Source: a virus. Taken from it: a DNA stretch of 64,000 bases. This document shows positions 1-9,796 of this stretch, piece after piece. How positions within the stretch are numbered: the first letter of the stretch is position 1; every line of letters begins with the position of its first letter. The translations under genes and the position numbers were made by a program. The stretch covers positions 2,614-66,613 of IMG/VR virus record IMGVR_UViG_3300034159_000041, one strand, 5' to 3'. Below the pieces are notes generated by a model, which had not been told where the DNA came from, searched no databases, and worked only from the letters and a program-made list of their open reading frames with translations.

Positions 1-147
1 GCCGCCAGAAGACGCGCCGCCAGCCGGGACGACGATCATTCCGACCGTCACCATCTGGTCGAACTCGATCACTGCACCCGGCTGGGCAACCTGCCGCACG
101 TAGGCGATCGTAGCGCCGCCCAGTGGCCCCATCAATGTGCTGCTCAC
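1..147 (-). CDS. Partial virion/tail protein (runs off window)
   Basis: GTG overlaps the TGA of 144..554; frame stays open to position 1 (MSSTLMGPLGGATIAYVRQ...). Confidence 0.5.
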   Translation of the reverse strand, partial: MSSTLMGPLGGATIAYVRQVAQPGAVIEFDQMVTVGMIVVPAGGASSGG

Positions 148-554
148 GCCGGCACCCCGTTGCGCACGAACTGCGCGACGCCGGCCTCAGCATCCCAGTA
201 CAGCCCCACCACGTCACCGGCCACCAGCGGGGCAGCGCTGCCGACCACGGCCCCGTTGAGGACGAGCCGCCCGTCGCTGAGGTAGTAGTAGTTGACCGCA
301 TCCGCCCGAATGATCGGCCCCGCCGCCCCATCTGAAATGCCAAACGCGACCACCCCCACCACCTCCAGCACCTGCCACACGAACCAGCGCGGCCCGCGCA
401 GGGTCTCGGGCGGGCTGGTGGTGACCAGCGCATCGTCGGCGAGCACCTGGCCATCGGCTGTTGTCACGGTGGACGAGTCACCCGCCACCACCAGATCGAG
501 CGCGCCGGAGGTCGTCGCGAACGCCACCGTGCTTGAGGGCGTCGTGCAACTCAT
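144..554 (-). CDS. Virion/tail protein with SPRY-like beta strands
   Basis: Coupled ORF; GDVVGLYWDAEAGVAQFVRNG resembles a SPRY C-terminal motif. Confidence 0.55.
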   Translation of the reverse strand: MSCTTPSSTVAFATTSGALDLVVAGDSSTVTTADGQVLADDALVTTSPPETLRGPRWFVWQVLEVVGVVAFGISDGAAGPIIRADAVNYYYLSDGRLVLNGAVVGSAAPLVAGDVVGLYWDAEAGVAQFVRNGVPA

Positions 555-1156
555 CAGGGCGTGAACATCTGGTAGGCGAGCGGGTAGACCTGGCCGGCCA
601 CGTAGACCTCTGGCGTGACCAGGCGCGACGCCCGCAGCAGGATTGCCGAGCCACCGGCATACTGCTTGGTCGAGTTGTTGGTAATCCCGACCCCGTAGAC
701 CGTTGCCGACACGCCGGCACTGATCGTGATAGTCGCCCGCGTCGTATTGGTCGCCGTCACCCGACTGGTCCCGACCGCCGCGTCAAACACGCACTCGGGC
801 CGCGTTGACGCGGTGTAGCCGGTAAACTCGGTGGCGTCGCCACCACTGGCCGCAAACGAGTCACCATCCCAGGCCGCGGTCGGCGTCGAGTCGCTGGAGA
901 ATACAACGAAATACCACGACAGGTCGGCGTTTGACACGACACCAGTTACAAGATCCATGCTCCGCTTCTTTCCTTCCAGCGTCGGCATGTTTTTTGAGTA
1001 TTGCCGCGACAGCCGCACATAGCCGCGCAGGTCCAGCGAGCCGTCCGGCAGCGTCAGCGAGGCCAGCGCCCGCGCCAGCATCTCGGGATCGCCTTGCTCG
1101 CGCGCCCGGATCAGCGTCGGATGGTCCCACTTCTCATGGGTGAATCGACCGTACAT
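554..1156 (-). CDS. Putative tail/virion protein
   Basis: Start MYGRF in a TAATG overlap with the upstream gene; T/S/A-rich beta C-terminus. Confidence 0.65.
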   Translation of the reverse strand: MYGRFTHEKWDHPTLIRAREQGDPEMLARALASLTLPDGSLDLRGYVRLSRQYSKNMPTLEGKKRSMDLVTGVVSNADLSWYFVVFSSDSTPTAAWDGDSFAASGGDATEFTGYTASTRPECVFDAAVGTSRVTATNTTRATITISAGVSATVYGVGITNNSTKQYAGGSAILLRASRLVTPEVYVAGQVYPLAYQMFTP

Positions 1157-2106
1157 TAAAGCACCTCCAGCATGGACCCCGGCAGCACGCCGGCCGAGGT
1201 GGTGAAATCGTCGGCCGCATCCCGAAGGCTGTCGGCGTTGAAGTCGAAGAAGTGAGACATGGAGCCCGGTGTGCGGATCACCCCGGACCAGGTGACGCCC
1301 GCATCCAGCGCCGTGAACCCGTAGCCGGCGAACGGCTCCGACGCATAGACCGTGACCATCCCCGCAGTGATCACCCCGCCCGGTCGCACCTTCCATCCAT
1401 ACCAGGGCGCGCCCCAGTCGCCGGCCGTGATCGGCACCGGATCGAACACCCGCCCGCGCGGGAGTCCAGCGCCAAGCGTGCCCTCAAAGATGACCGTTTG
1501 GCCCCACAATGCGCCGTCCGCAATCGGTTCCCCGCTGGCGTAGTCAGCGGCCCACAGCGCATAGATCGTTCCGGCGTTGTCGGGAGCGACAACGATTGCC
1601 CCCACGCCGAGCGGATGCGTCATCAGCGCCGGTTTGAGCAAGAACTGCACCCCCTGCTTCTGGTAGATCACCCGCAGCACCGCCCCATAGGTTACATGGT
1701 CCGCGACGGGAAACGCTCCGTCCCAGGTCGCCACCGCCCGCGCCACCACGGCCCCGATCCCGTTGGAGCAGTTCATCCCGACCACCGCCACGGTTGGGGT
1801 ATCGGCCGGTCCCCAGAAGACGGGGAGCCCAAACGTACAGGCCGGCACGCCCATCACGGGCGGGCCGATCACCAGCCGCTCCATGTTCCCATTGACTATC
1901 CGCGTGAAGCGCCGCCCGTCTAGCAGCGTTCCGTGCTGCACGAAGAACCCGGCATCGCGTTGCGCCTCAAAGGCGCGGTCCATCAGCCGTGAGTCCAGCG
2001 CAGACGCCCCGAACAACGACCGCACCGGGCTCGGATTACGCAGTACCGAACCCTCGGGACTCATGCGCCGTCGCAAATCCGTGCCTGGCGGTTTCAGGGC
2101 CATCAT
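1156..2106 (-). CDS. Hypothetical virion protein
   Basis: 316-aa ORF coupled on both sides in the late operon. Confidence 0.65.
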   Translation of the reverse strand: MMALKPPGTDLRRRMSPEGSVLRNPSPVRSLFGASALDSRLMDRAFEAQRDAGFFVQHGTLLDGRRFTRIVNGNMERLVIGPPVMGVPACTFGLPVFWGPADTPTVAVVGMNCSNGIGAVVARAVATWDGAFPVADHVTYGAVLRVIYQKQGVQFLLKPALMTHPLGVGAIVVAPDNAGTIYALWAADYASGEPIADGALWGQTVIFEGTLGAGLPRGRVFDPVPITAGDWGAPWYGWKVRPGGVITAGMVTVYASEPFAGYGFTALDAGVTWSGVIRTPGSMSHFFDFNADSLRDAADDFTTSAGVLPGSMLEVL

Positions 2107-2897
2107 GCCCCCGCGTAAGAAGCATTCAGCGGTTGCGCACTCGCGCTCATGTTATAGTTGACTGCGGCCAGAAGCGCCTTCAAATGCTCAGCAAGTGCCC
2201 CAGCATAGGCGTAAACGGTCTTTTCGAGCGCCGCGACAAGGAGCGCCTGAATCGCCCTTGCATCGGCCGCCATCTTCTCGGCTTTTTCAAGCAAGTTTTT
2301 ATTGTCGGCGTCCCAGAATTTATATGCTTCATCGCGCTCAGCAAGTTGCGCCTTAAACTCATCAAGCTTTTGCGTATAGTAAATTCGGAGGTCTTCGCGC
2401 TGATGGCTTGCTTGAAGCGCGCTTTGCGTCAACGCGGCTGTGTTAATGTCTTGTGCGTACTTCTGATTTATCTGCCTTATAGACGCTTGCTGTGCCGCAT
2501 AAGGAAGTCCCATACCGCCCGCTGCCGCTCCTGTTCCAGCATCCCACAGCGCGAGGTCCCGTGCTTGTAGAGCGGCGTCCTGCGAAAGCGCAAAAGCATC
2601 GGTGTAAGCTTGCGTATTTAACAGCGGTCCAGACGGCATTGATGGAGCAGTCAGGGCAACGTAAGGAGACGCTACCAACGTACAAGCGTAAGTCGCGACA
2701 TAGGCCGCTACTGCGTCATCAAAAACCGTCCTGATATCCTCAATCGCTGGACCAAGCTGCGCATGAACGCCTTTCGCCATCACGGCAAAAGCATCGAGCG
2801 TATGCCCGAGACTATTCACCATCGCATTTGCATCAAGGTGATAATCGCCCTCTATTTCGTTGAGGTCAGTCCAGCTTGATCCTTCTGTCCAGCCCAT
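2103..2897 (-). CDS. Helical virion/tail protein
   Basis: 264-aa Ala-rich ORF, lower GC, ATGA overlap with the next gene. Confidence 0.65.
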   Translation of the reverse strand: MGWTEGSSWTDLNEIEGDYHLDANAMVNSLGHTLDAFAVMAKGVHAQLGPAIEDIRTVFDDAVAAYVATYACTLVASPYVALTAPSMPSGPLLNTQAYTDAFALSQDAALQARDLALWDAGTGAAAGGMGLPYAAQQASIRQINQKYAQDINTAALTQSALQASHQREDLRIYYTQKLDEFKAQLAERDEAYKFWDADNKNLLEKAEKMAADARAIQALLVAALEKTVYAYAGALAEHLKALLAAVNYNMSASAQPLNASYAGA

Positions 2898-2898
2898 A

Positions 2899-3054
2899 TC
2901 AGACCCCCGCTTTCTCAGGAATAAAGCTATTGTCGTCTGGCTTTATCTCAGATAGTTCGGTAATAGGACGGCTGTCAGCAAAGTCATCTTCACAGAACAG
3001 ATAATAATCATCATCTGTTCCTATCATTTCCCAGTCGCTTTTTGTTAAAGTCAT
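2899..3054 (-). CDS. Small acidic hypothetical protein (51 aa)
   Basis: MTLTKSDWEM...KAGV* exactly fills the gap; too short for the ORF track. Confidence 0.5.
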   Translation of the reverse strand: MTLTKSDWEMIGTDDDYYLFCEDDFADSRPITELSEIKPDDNSFIPEKAGV

Positions 3055-3055
3055 T

Positions 3056-4273
3056 TCAGACCCCTGCTACCACGATGAACCGCTCGCCGTCGTGCTCCCA
3101 TAGCACAATCGACACCTGCTTGCCGGCCACGTCCCAGCGCTGGGACTCCGCCATCGGAGCCAACAGTTGCCCATCTGCGGTCCCGACCACCAGCCCATCT
3201 TCTGACGCGAACGCTGCGAACGGGAGCCCCTGCTTGAGCAGCGGCAGGCTATCGGCTGGGAGTTTCACGCCGCCGATCGCATAGGTTCGGTGATCGGCAT
3301 GGTCGGTGAGCGTCGCTTTCGTGAGGTCCGCCCCGTTGATCCAGACCATCCCCGCCTCGGTCGCCACCCACACCCCGCCCTCCACCCCGACCGCTCCCAG
3401 GATCGGCGCCGGGAGCTGTGTCAGCAATAGTTCAGGGTTATGTAGATGCGAAAACTCTGGATGGCAGATTGCCAGCAAGTCATCCTCCCACGACACGATG
3501 AACCCGCCGCGCGTCGTCAACCCACGGCCTGGCGGGAGCGGGGACAGCCCGATGGTGCGCGCTGGGATACCTGAATTTGGACTGGCTGTGATCTGCACCG
3601 GCAGCAACGCAGGGAGGTAGTCGCCGACCAAAAACGGGAACTTCCGATTAGCCTGGCTACAGTAGGCCCGCACCGACGCACCAGCCGGCACCTCAGCCAC
3701 CGTGACAGCGAGCCCCTTGGCCGCGGTCAGCGTCACTACTGCGGATTGCGCACACCCGGACTCAATCCCGTAGGCATCCACGAACGTCACCGAGACGAGG
3801 TAGTTGCCGGTCGGCAGCGCACCATCAATCAGCGTGACCGTGGGCGTCGGGGCTTGCGGCAGCGCGAGAACGGCAACCCCGGACCCGCTCACATAGCCCG
3901 AGCGCGTCCCGTCCGTCCAGCGCAGCAGCCCTTGGTGTGGGGCGAACGCTACCGGCTGGTCGGGCGATACCGTGACGAGGGGCATCGCGGTGCCCGTCGT
4001 GAGGTTGACGCGAAAGAGCGACGCCCCCGCATGGGCGTACAGATCGTCCAGGAACAGCGCCCCCGAGCGCATCCCGGCCAGCACCGCCAGTGTCTCCAGC
4101 CCCGGCCGCGTCTGTACCCGCCCGTCCGCCGACAGCAGGAGGTCCCGGACCTCGCGCACGTACTCCGGTGGAGCGTAACCGTCTTTCGTAGGGCGCGGCT
4201 GGAACGCGGCATGATCCGGTGGCCGGCGCGAGTCTTCCCCGTTCAAGCACGGCAACAGCGGGATCGCATTCAC
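3056..4273 (-). CDS. Putative tail stabilisation/nozzle-like beta protein
   Basis: GTG start overlaps upstream TGA; beta-rich 405 aa; late-operon position. Confidence 0.6.
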   Translation of the reverse strand: MNAIPLLPCLNGEDSRRPPDHAAFQPRPTKDGYAPPEYVREVRDLLLSADGRVQTRPGLETLAVLAGMRSGALFLDDLYAHAGASLFRVNLTTGTAMPLVTVSPDQPVAFAPHQGLLRWTDGTRSGYVSGSGVAVLALPQAPTPTVTLIDGALPTGNYLVSVTFVDAYGIESGCAQSAVVTLTAAKGLAVTVAEVPAGASVRAYCSQANRKFPFLVGDYLPALLPVQITASPNSGIPARTIGLSPLPPGRGLTTRGGFIVSWEDDLLAICHPEFSHLHNPELLLTQLPAPILGAVGVEGGVWVATEAGMVWINGADLTKATLTDHADHRTYAIGGVKLPADSLPLLKQGLPFAAFASEDGLVVGTADGQLLAPMAESQRWDVAGKQVSIVLWEHDGERFIVVAGV

Positions 4274-4596
4274 CGCCCAGGCGCCCCCGGCGCGTCGGCG
4301 ATGATCGCCTCGGCGATGGTGGCAATCCATTCGGGGACCTTGATGTCTTTTCGCCGCATCGTCGCAATCAGGGAACAGCACGCCCAGATCGTGCCGAGAA
4401 AGCCCCAAAACAGCGTATCTTCGGTGCTTTGGTCCATCTCAAGCCACAGCCTGAGGTTTTGCGTCGTGAACGTCACCACACCCACCACGAGCCACCACCA
4501 GGACATCGAGCGGACCAGCGGTCTCGCGTCCGGCGCGGCCGTCGCAATCTTTCTTGCCAAGCCGATGACTCCAGGAATTTGACTCACGAGACTCAA
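4270..4596 (-). CDS. Holin-like membrane protein (2 TM)
   Basis: AGGAG RBS and TTG start; two hydrophobic segments followed by basic RRK. Confidence 0.5.
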   Translation of the reverse strand: MSLVSQIPGVIGLARKIATAAPDARPLVRSMSWWWLVVGVVTFTTQNLRLWLEMDQSTEDTLFWGFLGTIWACCSLIATMRRKDIKVPEWIATIAEAIIADAPGAPGR

Positions 4597-5144
4597 GGCG
4601 TTGCTCCTGTTTTGAAGATCGAACCGACCCACGCAATCCCATATTTCGAGACCACCCAAGCCACCACCGCCGCCGCCGCGATGACCAACACCATCGTTGC
4701 GCGCGTCATTTTTGATAGATTCGTGGTCGCGGTTTCCGCTTTGGTGGCGGCTAAGTGCGCCTGATCCACCGCGCGACCCGCGACGGAGCTTCCGTGCATG
4801 ACGATCGTCATCATCTCTTGATGCTGCGCTTCGTTTTGAGCGCGCGTTGACTTCATTTCAGTCACAATCCCTTTCAGCGCCTCCGTATTTTGTTCCATAT
4901 AGGCGCGCGAGGCTTCGCGATGCTCCGCGAAAATACTGGCAATTTCGTCGGTATGATCCCGACTCATGGCAATGGCTACGCGGATATCAGCTAGGTCGCG
5001 CTCAAAGCCGTCTTTCCAGCCGCCGATTCTGCGGTTAAAGTCGCCTTGCTTGGCGTTGTGCTCAAACTGCATTGCCCACCGCCCTTCATTCGACCGCGCG
5101 CAGTCGTCATGAAACGGGCAGTCGGAAATGCTCGGCTCGCTCAA
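4593..5144 (-). CDS. Coiled-coil protein with C-terminal TM (lysis-associated candidate)
   Basis: MVLVIAAAAVVAWVV hydrophobic helix near the C-terminus. Confidence 0.5.
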   Translation of the reverse strand: MSEPSISDCPFHDDCARSNEGRWAMQFEHNAKQGDFNRRIGGWKDGFERDLADIRVAIAMSRDHTDEIASIFAEHREASRAYMEQNTEALKGIVTEMKSTRAQNEAQHQEMMTIVMHGSSVAGRAVDQAHLAATKAETATTNLSKMTRATMVLVIAAAAVVAWVVSKYGIAWVGSIFKTGATP

Positions 5145-5147
5145 GAC

Positions 5148-5432
5148 TCAGGCCACTACAGTTGAGTCTGGCACGGTGCAAACCAGAAACTCCTTGAATC
5201 CCGCGAAGGTGCATGTTCCATCTGCCAACTGAGCCAGGCGATCATGAAAGGCGACCTCACCATCAGTGATAGAAAACAGCGCTTTCATCGTCGGCAAATT
5301 ATCATTTGCAGCGGCATGACTCGCCGTTTTTCCTAACGCGGCTAAGGCGTCAATATGCTCTTGCGCTGCTTGAATATGCTTGAGCGCTTTCAATCCTAGC
5401 GCACTCTGCCCGACTTTCGTCATCGCGGCCAT
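5148..5432 (-). CDS. Hypothetical protein
   Basis: 94-aa ORF, tightly packed. Confidence 0.55.
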   Translation of the reverse strand: MAAMTKVGQSALGLKALKHIQAAQEHIDALAALGKTASHAAANDNLPTMKALFSITDGEVAFHDRLAQLADGTCTFAGFKEFLVCTVPDSTVVA

Positions 5433-5433
5433 G

Positions 5434-5853
5434 TCATTTCCCCTTTGTTAGCGTTTGCAGCGCATCGATTGCGTTGCGTGTTTCTGGGTCGAGTTTGGCA
5501 GCATCTAAGGTTGCCTGCGCTTCACGCATTTCACGTTGCCGCGCAGTAACAGGAAAGATATGCTGCACAAGATGCGCAAAATTTTGCCTCTCTGCTTCTG
5601 CTTCACGTTCAGCGTCGGAACCATTCGGTACTTGATACCAGATACCATCTTGCTCTAGTACCCATTCACTACCAAGTAGGCAGTGATCAGATGTCGGTAC
5701 ATGCGCAACATAGCCTGCACTCGCAAGTATCTCGACAGCCAGCGCATCCCCGCCAGTCGCACGCGCAATTAGGGCGGCGGTGTCCTGGTGGTTGCCAGCG
5801 TAGGGTATGAATGGGGGTGGCGGAAGCCTCGTAGATTCGTGTAGGTATAGCAT
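5434..5853 (-). CDS. Hypothetical protein, possible tail-fibre chaperone
   Basis: Directly downstream of the receptor-binding gene. Confidence 0.5.
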   Translation of the reverse strand: MLYLHESTRLPPPPFIPYAGNHQDTAALIARATGGDALAVEILASAGYVAHVPTSDHCLLGSEWVLEQDGIWYQVPNGSDAEREAEAERQNFAHLVQHIFPVTARQREMREAQATLDAAKLDPETRNAIDALQTLTKGK

Positions 5854-5862
5854 TAAAGCACC

Positions 5863-7557
5863 TTAGAGCACCTTCTTCGTGCTTACACCACTGACAACCC
5901 CATCAAACGGCGACGAGGGGACCATCCGGGTTGACGTTGTTGCTGTTGGCACCAGCGTGTTTGAGTAGGCTCCATTTGTTGCGACAGCAGCAGATGAGCT
6001 AGCTCCGCACCGCGCGATTAGCGTCCCAGCGGTTAATCCCTGTATCGTATACTTTATATTATATATATTATTGACGGCAGGCGCAGTTGTCATGGTGCTG
6101 GAGATAATAGTCGCGGAACCAGGCGTATGCGTTAATACGTCACCCACGATTGTCCAGTTAGCCGCTGGTTGCCAACCACCAGCAACGATTAGCTCTGGCC
6201 CTAGTGCTGGCTGACACGTTGCCAGTAGCTTAGCGACTATATGCAATTCAAGCGCAGTGAGCGCACGACTGACAACGATCTTGCCAAACATGACTTCGAG
6301 TGGTGGGTTTACTGTGTAAGCCCCAGCACCGATAGTCTGCCCAGTCAACACCTCAAGCCCATCCGCACGCATCCGCGCAACGGTGCAAGCAGAGCCAAGG
6401 TCTGGAAGAGTTGCTTGCAGCACGTTTGCTGCTGCTGGACTATTGAGGCACGGGATACCTGTTGTGGGTGTTTGCAAATAGGTTAGTCGATTTGCTACCG
6501 TAAGCTGAACAGCGTGCGCCCCAGTAACTTCGCGCATTGACATATTACTTACGCTGCCAAAAAATGCATTGCCGTAAAAGTATAAAGCCGTGCGTGTTGC
6601 GGATGGTATAATGTAAAGCGTATAGTTTCCATCACCACTGACAAGTTGATTTACCCCATAATACGCACCAACAATACCACAACTTCCAGATACATAATTT
6701 GATATAGTAAACTTAAACTCATACAGCATCCCTGGTGTATGGTTGTAACCATGATGTATGTAACTTATACCACCAGCACAAGAAACAATACCGCCAGATC
6801 GAGTCCAGTTCCCATCAAGGGTGAACGCGCCTAAATCTGCTGCAATAGGATTGGCCCCAAGCACAAGCCCTTTACTTAGATCCTGTAGTATTGCAACAGT
6901 TCCGCCGACGACCGCATTAGCCGTCATTTCGTAATTAGAGAACATGCCGCCGTGCTTAGGCAGCCAAGCCCCGCCAACAGCATTTCCGCCATTGGCTGCG
7001 TAGATTCCACGCATCGCTACCAGCCAATAGTCAGTTGGCAACTCTGCCGGGACCGGAAGGTAATGCCCGAGCAGCCGCCGAATGATGTCATCTTCATAAG
7101 GAGTTGTTGCGCGCGCAACAACGATCTCACCGATGAACGCATTGCCTGCGTAAGTCAGCCGGTACGCACCGTTAATTGTCACCCCAGTGCGCTTGATGAT
7201 TCCGCCTGGGGTGGCGGTGAAAACCGTGCAGGATGAGCCTAGATTGCCAAAGGTGGCAGAGAGGGACTGATCAATAGTGGTTGATACACTGAGATAGTTC
7301 CGCTTGGTCATTGCGAACTGCGCAAGCACTGGTCTACTTCCAGCAGTCGCTTGAACAGCATGAATGCCACGCCCAGACTGGTCTGACACATATCCGACTG
7401 GAGAACTTACCGCAGCCGCAGTAGTTCCGTTAGACAACTGAAACAACTTTCCTGCATCAGCCAGCCAGCAAGCCCCGCCAGTGCTCGCAAAGATACGCTG
7501 CTGTACCGCCGTAAGCAGTTCTTGCTTCGTCAGCCAGTTTCGCGTTCTCAGGCTCAC
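5863..7557 (-). CDS. Receptor-binding/tail protein with duplicated lectin (LamG/CBM-like) modules
   Basis: GTG in GTGA overlap; internal repeat (DQSGRGIHAVQ / DLSKG...GAHAVQ; LGSSCTV / LGSACTV); low GC. Confidence 0.65.
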   Translation of the reverse strand: MSLRTRNWLTKQELLTAVQQRIFASTGGACWLADAGKLFQLSNGTTAAAVSSPVGYVSDQSGRGIHAVQATAGSRPVLAQFAMTKRNYLSVSTTIDQSLSATFGNLGSSCTVFTATPGGIIKRTGVTINGAYRLTYAGNAFIGEIVVARATTPYEDDIIRRLLGHYLPVPAELPTDYWLVAMRGIYAANGGNAVGGAWLPKHGGMFSNYEMTANAVVGGTVAILQDLSKGLVLGANPIAADLGAFTLDGNWTRSGGIVSCAGGISYIHHGYNHTPGMLYEFKFTISNYVSGSCGIVGAYYGVNQLVSGDGNYTLYIIPSATRTALYFYGNAFFGSVSNMSMREVTGAHAVQLTVANRLTYLQTPTTGIPCLNSPAAANVLQATLPDLGSACTVARMRADGLEVLTGQTIGAGAYTVNPPLEVMFGKIVVSRALTALELHIVAKLLATCQPALGPELIVAGGWQPAANWTIVGDVLTHTPGSATIISSTMTTAPAVNNIYNIKYTIQGLTAGTLIARCGASSSAAVATNGAYSNTLVPTATTSTRMVPSSPFDGVVSGVSTKKVL

Positions 7558-8045
7558 GATGCAGGCACCAGTAGCGGAAGTGCTGATATCCAAAGCTGGC
7601 TAGATGGCCCTGGCACCGTTGATGCCTCAAGCAGATAAATCGCACCGAGTGCCGTTGAGAAGTTCTGGATGATTCCGTTCGGTGTTGCCACAGCAGTAGG
7701 CGTAGTTACCGTCACGCTGCCAGCGGTTGCGTTGTAATGAAATGCGACTTTCGCGCTACCAACGTAACCAGCCGCTGCCGCTACAAAGCTAATCTGACTA
7801 ACCGCTGCGGTGCAATCTACCCAATACTCTTTGCCATCCAACGGAACCGTGACAACACCCGCGACAATCGACAACTGCTGCTGCTTGATATCATACCCAG
7901 TGATGCGCAGCGCCATCCCGCCGCCCGTCGTCGCCTTTTTGCTGACGCCACCCTGGACAACCGGGAACAGATCAGTTGTTGCAATTGAGTCAGCAGCATC
8001 AAGACCCGCTGTCCAGTCATCAAACCCTTTTGGTGCCAGCGCCAT
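7554..8045 (-). CDS. Tail fibre N-terminal-like protein
   Basis: TDLFPVVQGGVSKKAT resembles a phage fibre anchor motif. Confidence 0.55.
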   Translation of the reverse strand: MALAPKGFDDWTAGLDAADSIATTDLFPVVQGGVSKKATTGGGMALRITGYDIKQQQLSIVAGVVTVPLDGKEYWVDCTAAVSQISFVAAAAGYVGSAKVAFHYNATAGSVTVTTPTAVATPNGIIQNFSTALGAIYLLEASTVPGPSSQLWISALPLLVPAS

Positions 8046-8046
8046 A

Positions 8047-8217
8047 TTATGCGTCCTGTGTCAGATAGAAGTCGCCAGCGTCATCAGTTAAAACGAACTC
8101 ACCGACATCATCGGTGATCGCCCCGTCATACGTCTGCCCGGTCCCGGTTCCAGCGGTGATCTCCAGCGGGGCGCTGAAAATGTCAAAGGGGGCGAAGGGG
8201 CGAAAGAGGTCGAACAT
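8047..8217 (-). CDS. Small virion protein (56 aa)
   Basis: MFDLFRPFAP...ITDDVGEFVLTDDAGDFYLTQDA*; TGATG overlap. Confidence 0.5.
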   Translation of the reverse strand: MFDLFRPFAPFDIFSAPLEITAGTGTGQTYDGAITDDVGEFVLTDDAGDFYLTQDA

Positions 8218-8786
8218 CAGGCGGCCCCCGTGACGCTGGCATCAACTGAATTGCGGACCATCTCACGGAATTGCTCATGCACCTCACGCGGGGCCATCAG
8301 CGGCGCCCACGGCAGCACGTTGATATCCCATTTGCCACGCTGTTGGACGTGGAGCGTATCTTGTACCTCCGCGTGCGAGAGCACCGTGTGCGCGGTCACC
8401 TTGATGCCGTAGTGAGCTGACAGCTTGGCCACCAGCCGCGCGCACGCTTGCCACTGGCGCAGCGTCAACGGCGCCTGGCCGGCATCAAAGGGTCGCTCGC
8501 ACGCGCCTTTCATGCACGCGACCGCCACCCCGATTGATTTGGTGTTGAGCCCGCGGGTATGCGCGGCATAGACCCCATCCCCCGTGCTGTCGTTGCTTGC
8601 AATGCTGTGCGCGCCGCGACGGATCGAGCCATCCTCTTGCACAACAAAATGATAGTGCTGGCAATCGTCATCGGTGGCCACGTACCCGCCAGCCGTCCAA
8701 TGCACGATGATCCTCGACGGGTGCGCGAGAGGAAGCCAGGCCGCGGGCAGCGTGGCGTCGGGCGAAACGATCTTCGGTGACAGCAT
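8217..8786 (-). CDS. Endolysin, N-acetylmuramoyl-L-alanine amidase (Amidase_2/PGRP fold)
   Basis: IIVHWTAG, YHFVV, AHTRGLNTKSIGV and LSHAEV motifs. Confidence 0.88.
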   Translation of the reverse strand: MLSPKIVSPDATLPAAWLPLAHPSRIIVHWTAGGYVATDDDCQHYHFVVQEDGSIRRGAHSIASNDSTGDGVYAAHTRGLNTKSIGVAVACMKGACERPFDAGQAPLTLRQWQACARLVAKLSAHYGIKVTAHTVLSHAEVQDTLHVQQRGKWDINVLPWAPLMAPREVHEQFREMVRNSVDASVTGAA

Positions 8787-8788
8787 GA

Positions 8789-9073
8789 TCAGTCGTGATC
8801 CACGGCCAGATACCCCGGTCGCCCGCCAATGACCTTAGCCCAGATCGCGCCGGTCGGGAACAAGGCCCGCGTTGCCCCGGCGCCAAGTTCAAGCATGTGC
8901 CCTGGCTCCGTTTCAGGTGGCGCGGTCGCATCGTCCGCCGTGCGAGCGAGGCGTATCGGGGGACGCGATTCGCCAGAATCCGGGTCGGTTGACGACACGA
9001 TGAAAGAGGTCTTCGCAACAGCGACCACCAGCACATAGGCGGCATGGGGAAGGAGGGTTACGGTCGCTGTCAT
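8789..9073 (-). CDS. Hypothetical virion protein
   Basis: 94-aa ORF in operon. Confidence 0.55.
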   Translation of the reverse strand: MTATVTLLPHAAYVLVVAVAKTSFIVSSTDPDSGESRPPIRLARTADDATAPPETEPGHMLELGAGATRALFPTGAIWAKVIGGRPGYLAVDHD

Positions 9074-9088
9074 GGGGGCACCTATGGA

Positions 9089-9796
9089 TCAAGGATAGAA
9101 CGCCTGAACGTGCTTGGGCGGGTCGTAGCGCGTGCTGCGGCGCACGTCCGCGTCAGGCCGTTGGCCAAAGTACCGCTCAAACTCCTTGAGCGCCGTCGCC
9201 GCACGGGTAGGGTCGGTCTCATCCATTCCAGGGATCTGAAACACCCGGTACAGCGCCCACTGGATCAGGTGCCGGTGATGGATGGGGTTGATCTCCGGGT
9301 CGCGCCCAACCGGCCCCAGCGGCAGCCGATAGCCCTCCAGGTGCAGCGTGCCGCCCGCGTCTGGCGTTGGGACCAGGCGCAGCGCGGTATCGGTCTGGAT
9401 GGCGAGCGTCGGCGTTCCGGTCGCGTCGCGCCAGTCTTGTTCAGGCGCTGGGGTGTAACAGGACGGCGGCCAGGGCGGCAGCCAGGGCAATCGCGACGGA
9501 CCATCCAGATATTCGACCGAGACCAGCGTGAGCGGCGTGCGCGTGCTCGTGCTCGCCCCATCCACCATGAACGCAAGGTGGGTCAACTCATAGAACGCGA
9601 GGGGGTAAACCGCGGTCCCGGCCGTCACCGCAACAGAACCAAGATCGTGAATCAGCCGCGCCCGCACTGCCGCCTCGTCCTCTGCTTCAGCAAAGAAGCG
9701 CGCCAAGGTGTCTGGAGAAACAACCGGGTCTTGCGAGTTGACGTCATCCGCCAGCACCCAGAAGTCCGCGACCAGATCGGCCAGGGTCACGATCAA
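9089..9796 (-). CDS. Head-tail adaptor-like protein
   Basis: TLADL...D start, LRLVPTP, PEINPIHHRHLIQWALY, FERYFG pattern of podovirus adaptors. Confidence 0.7.
   Translation of the reverse strand: MIVTLADLVADFWVLADDVNSQDPVVSPDTLARFFAEAEDEAAVRARLIHDLGSVAVTAGTAVYPLAFYELTHLAFMVDGASTSTRTPLTLVSVEYLDGPSRLPWLPPWPPSCYTPAPEQDWRDATGTPTLAIQTDTALRLVPTPDAGGTLHLEGYRLPLGPVGRDPEINPIHHRHLIQWALYRVFQIPGMDETDPTRAATALKEFERYFGQRPDADVRRSTRYDPPKHVQAFYP

Noticed and set aside
5863-8045. Diversity-generating retroelement or frameshifted single fibre gene
   Set aside because: No reverse transcriptase or TR/VR pair seen; a GTGA overlap explains two coupled genes
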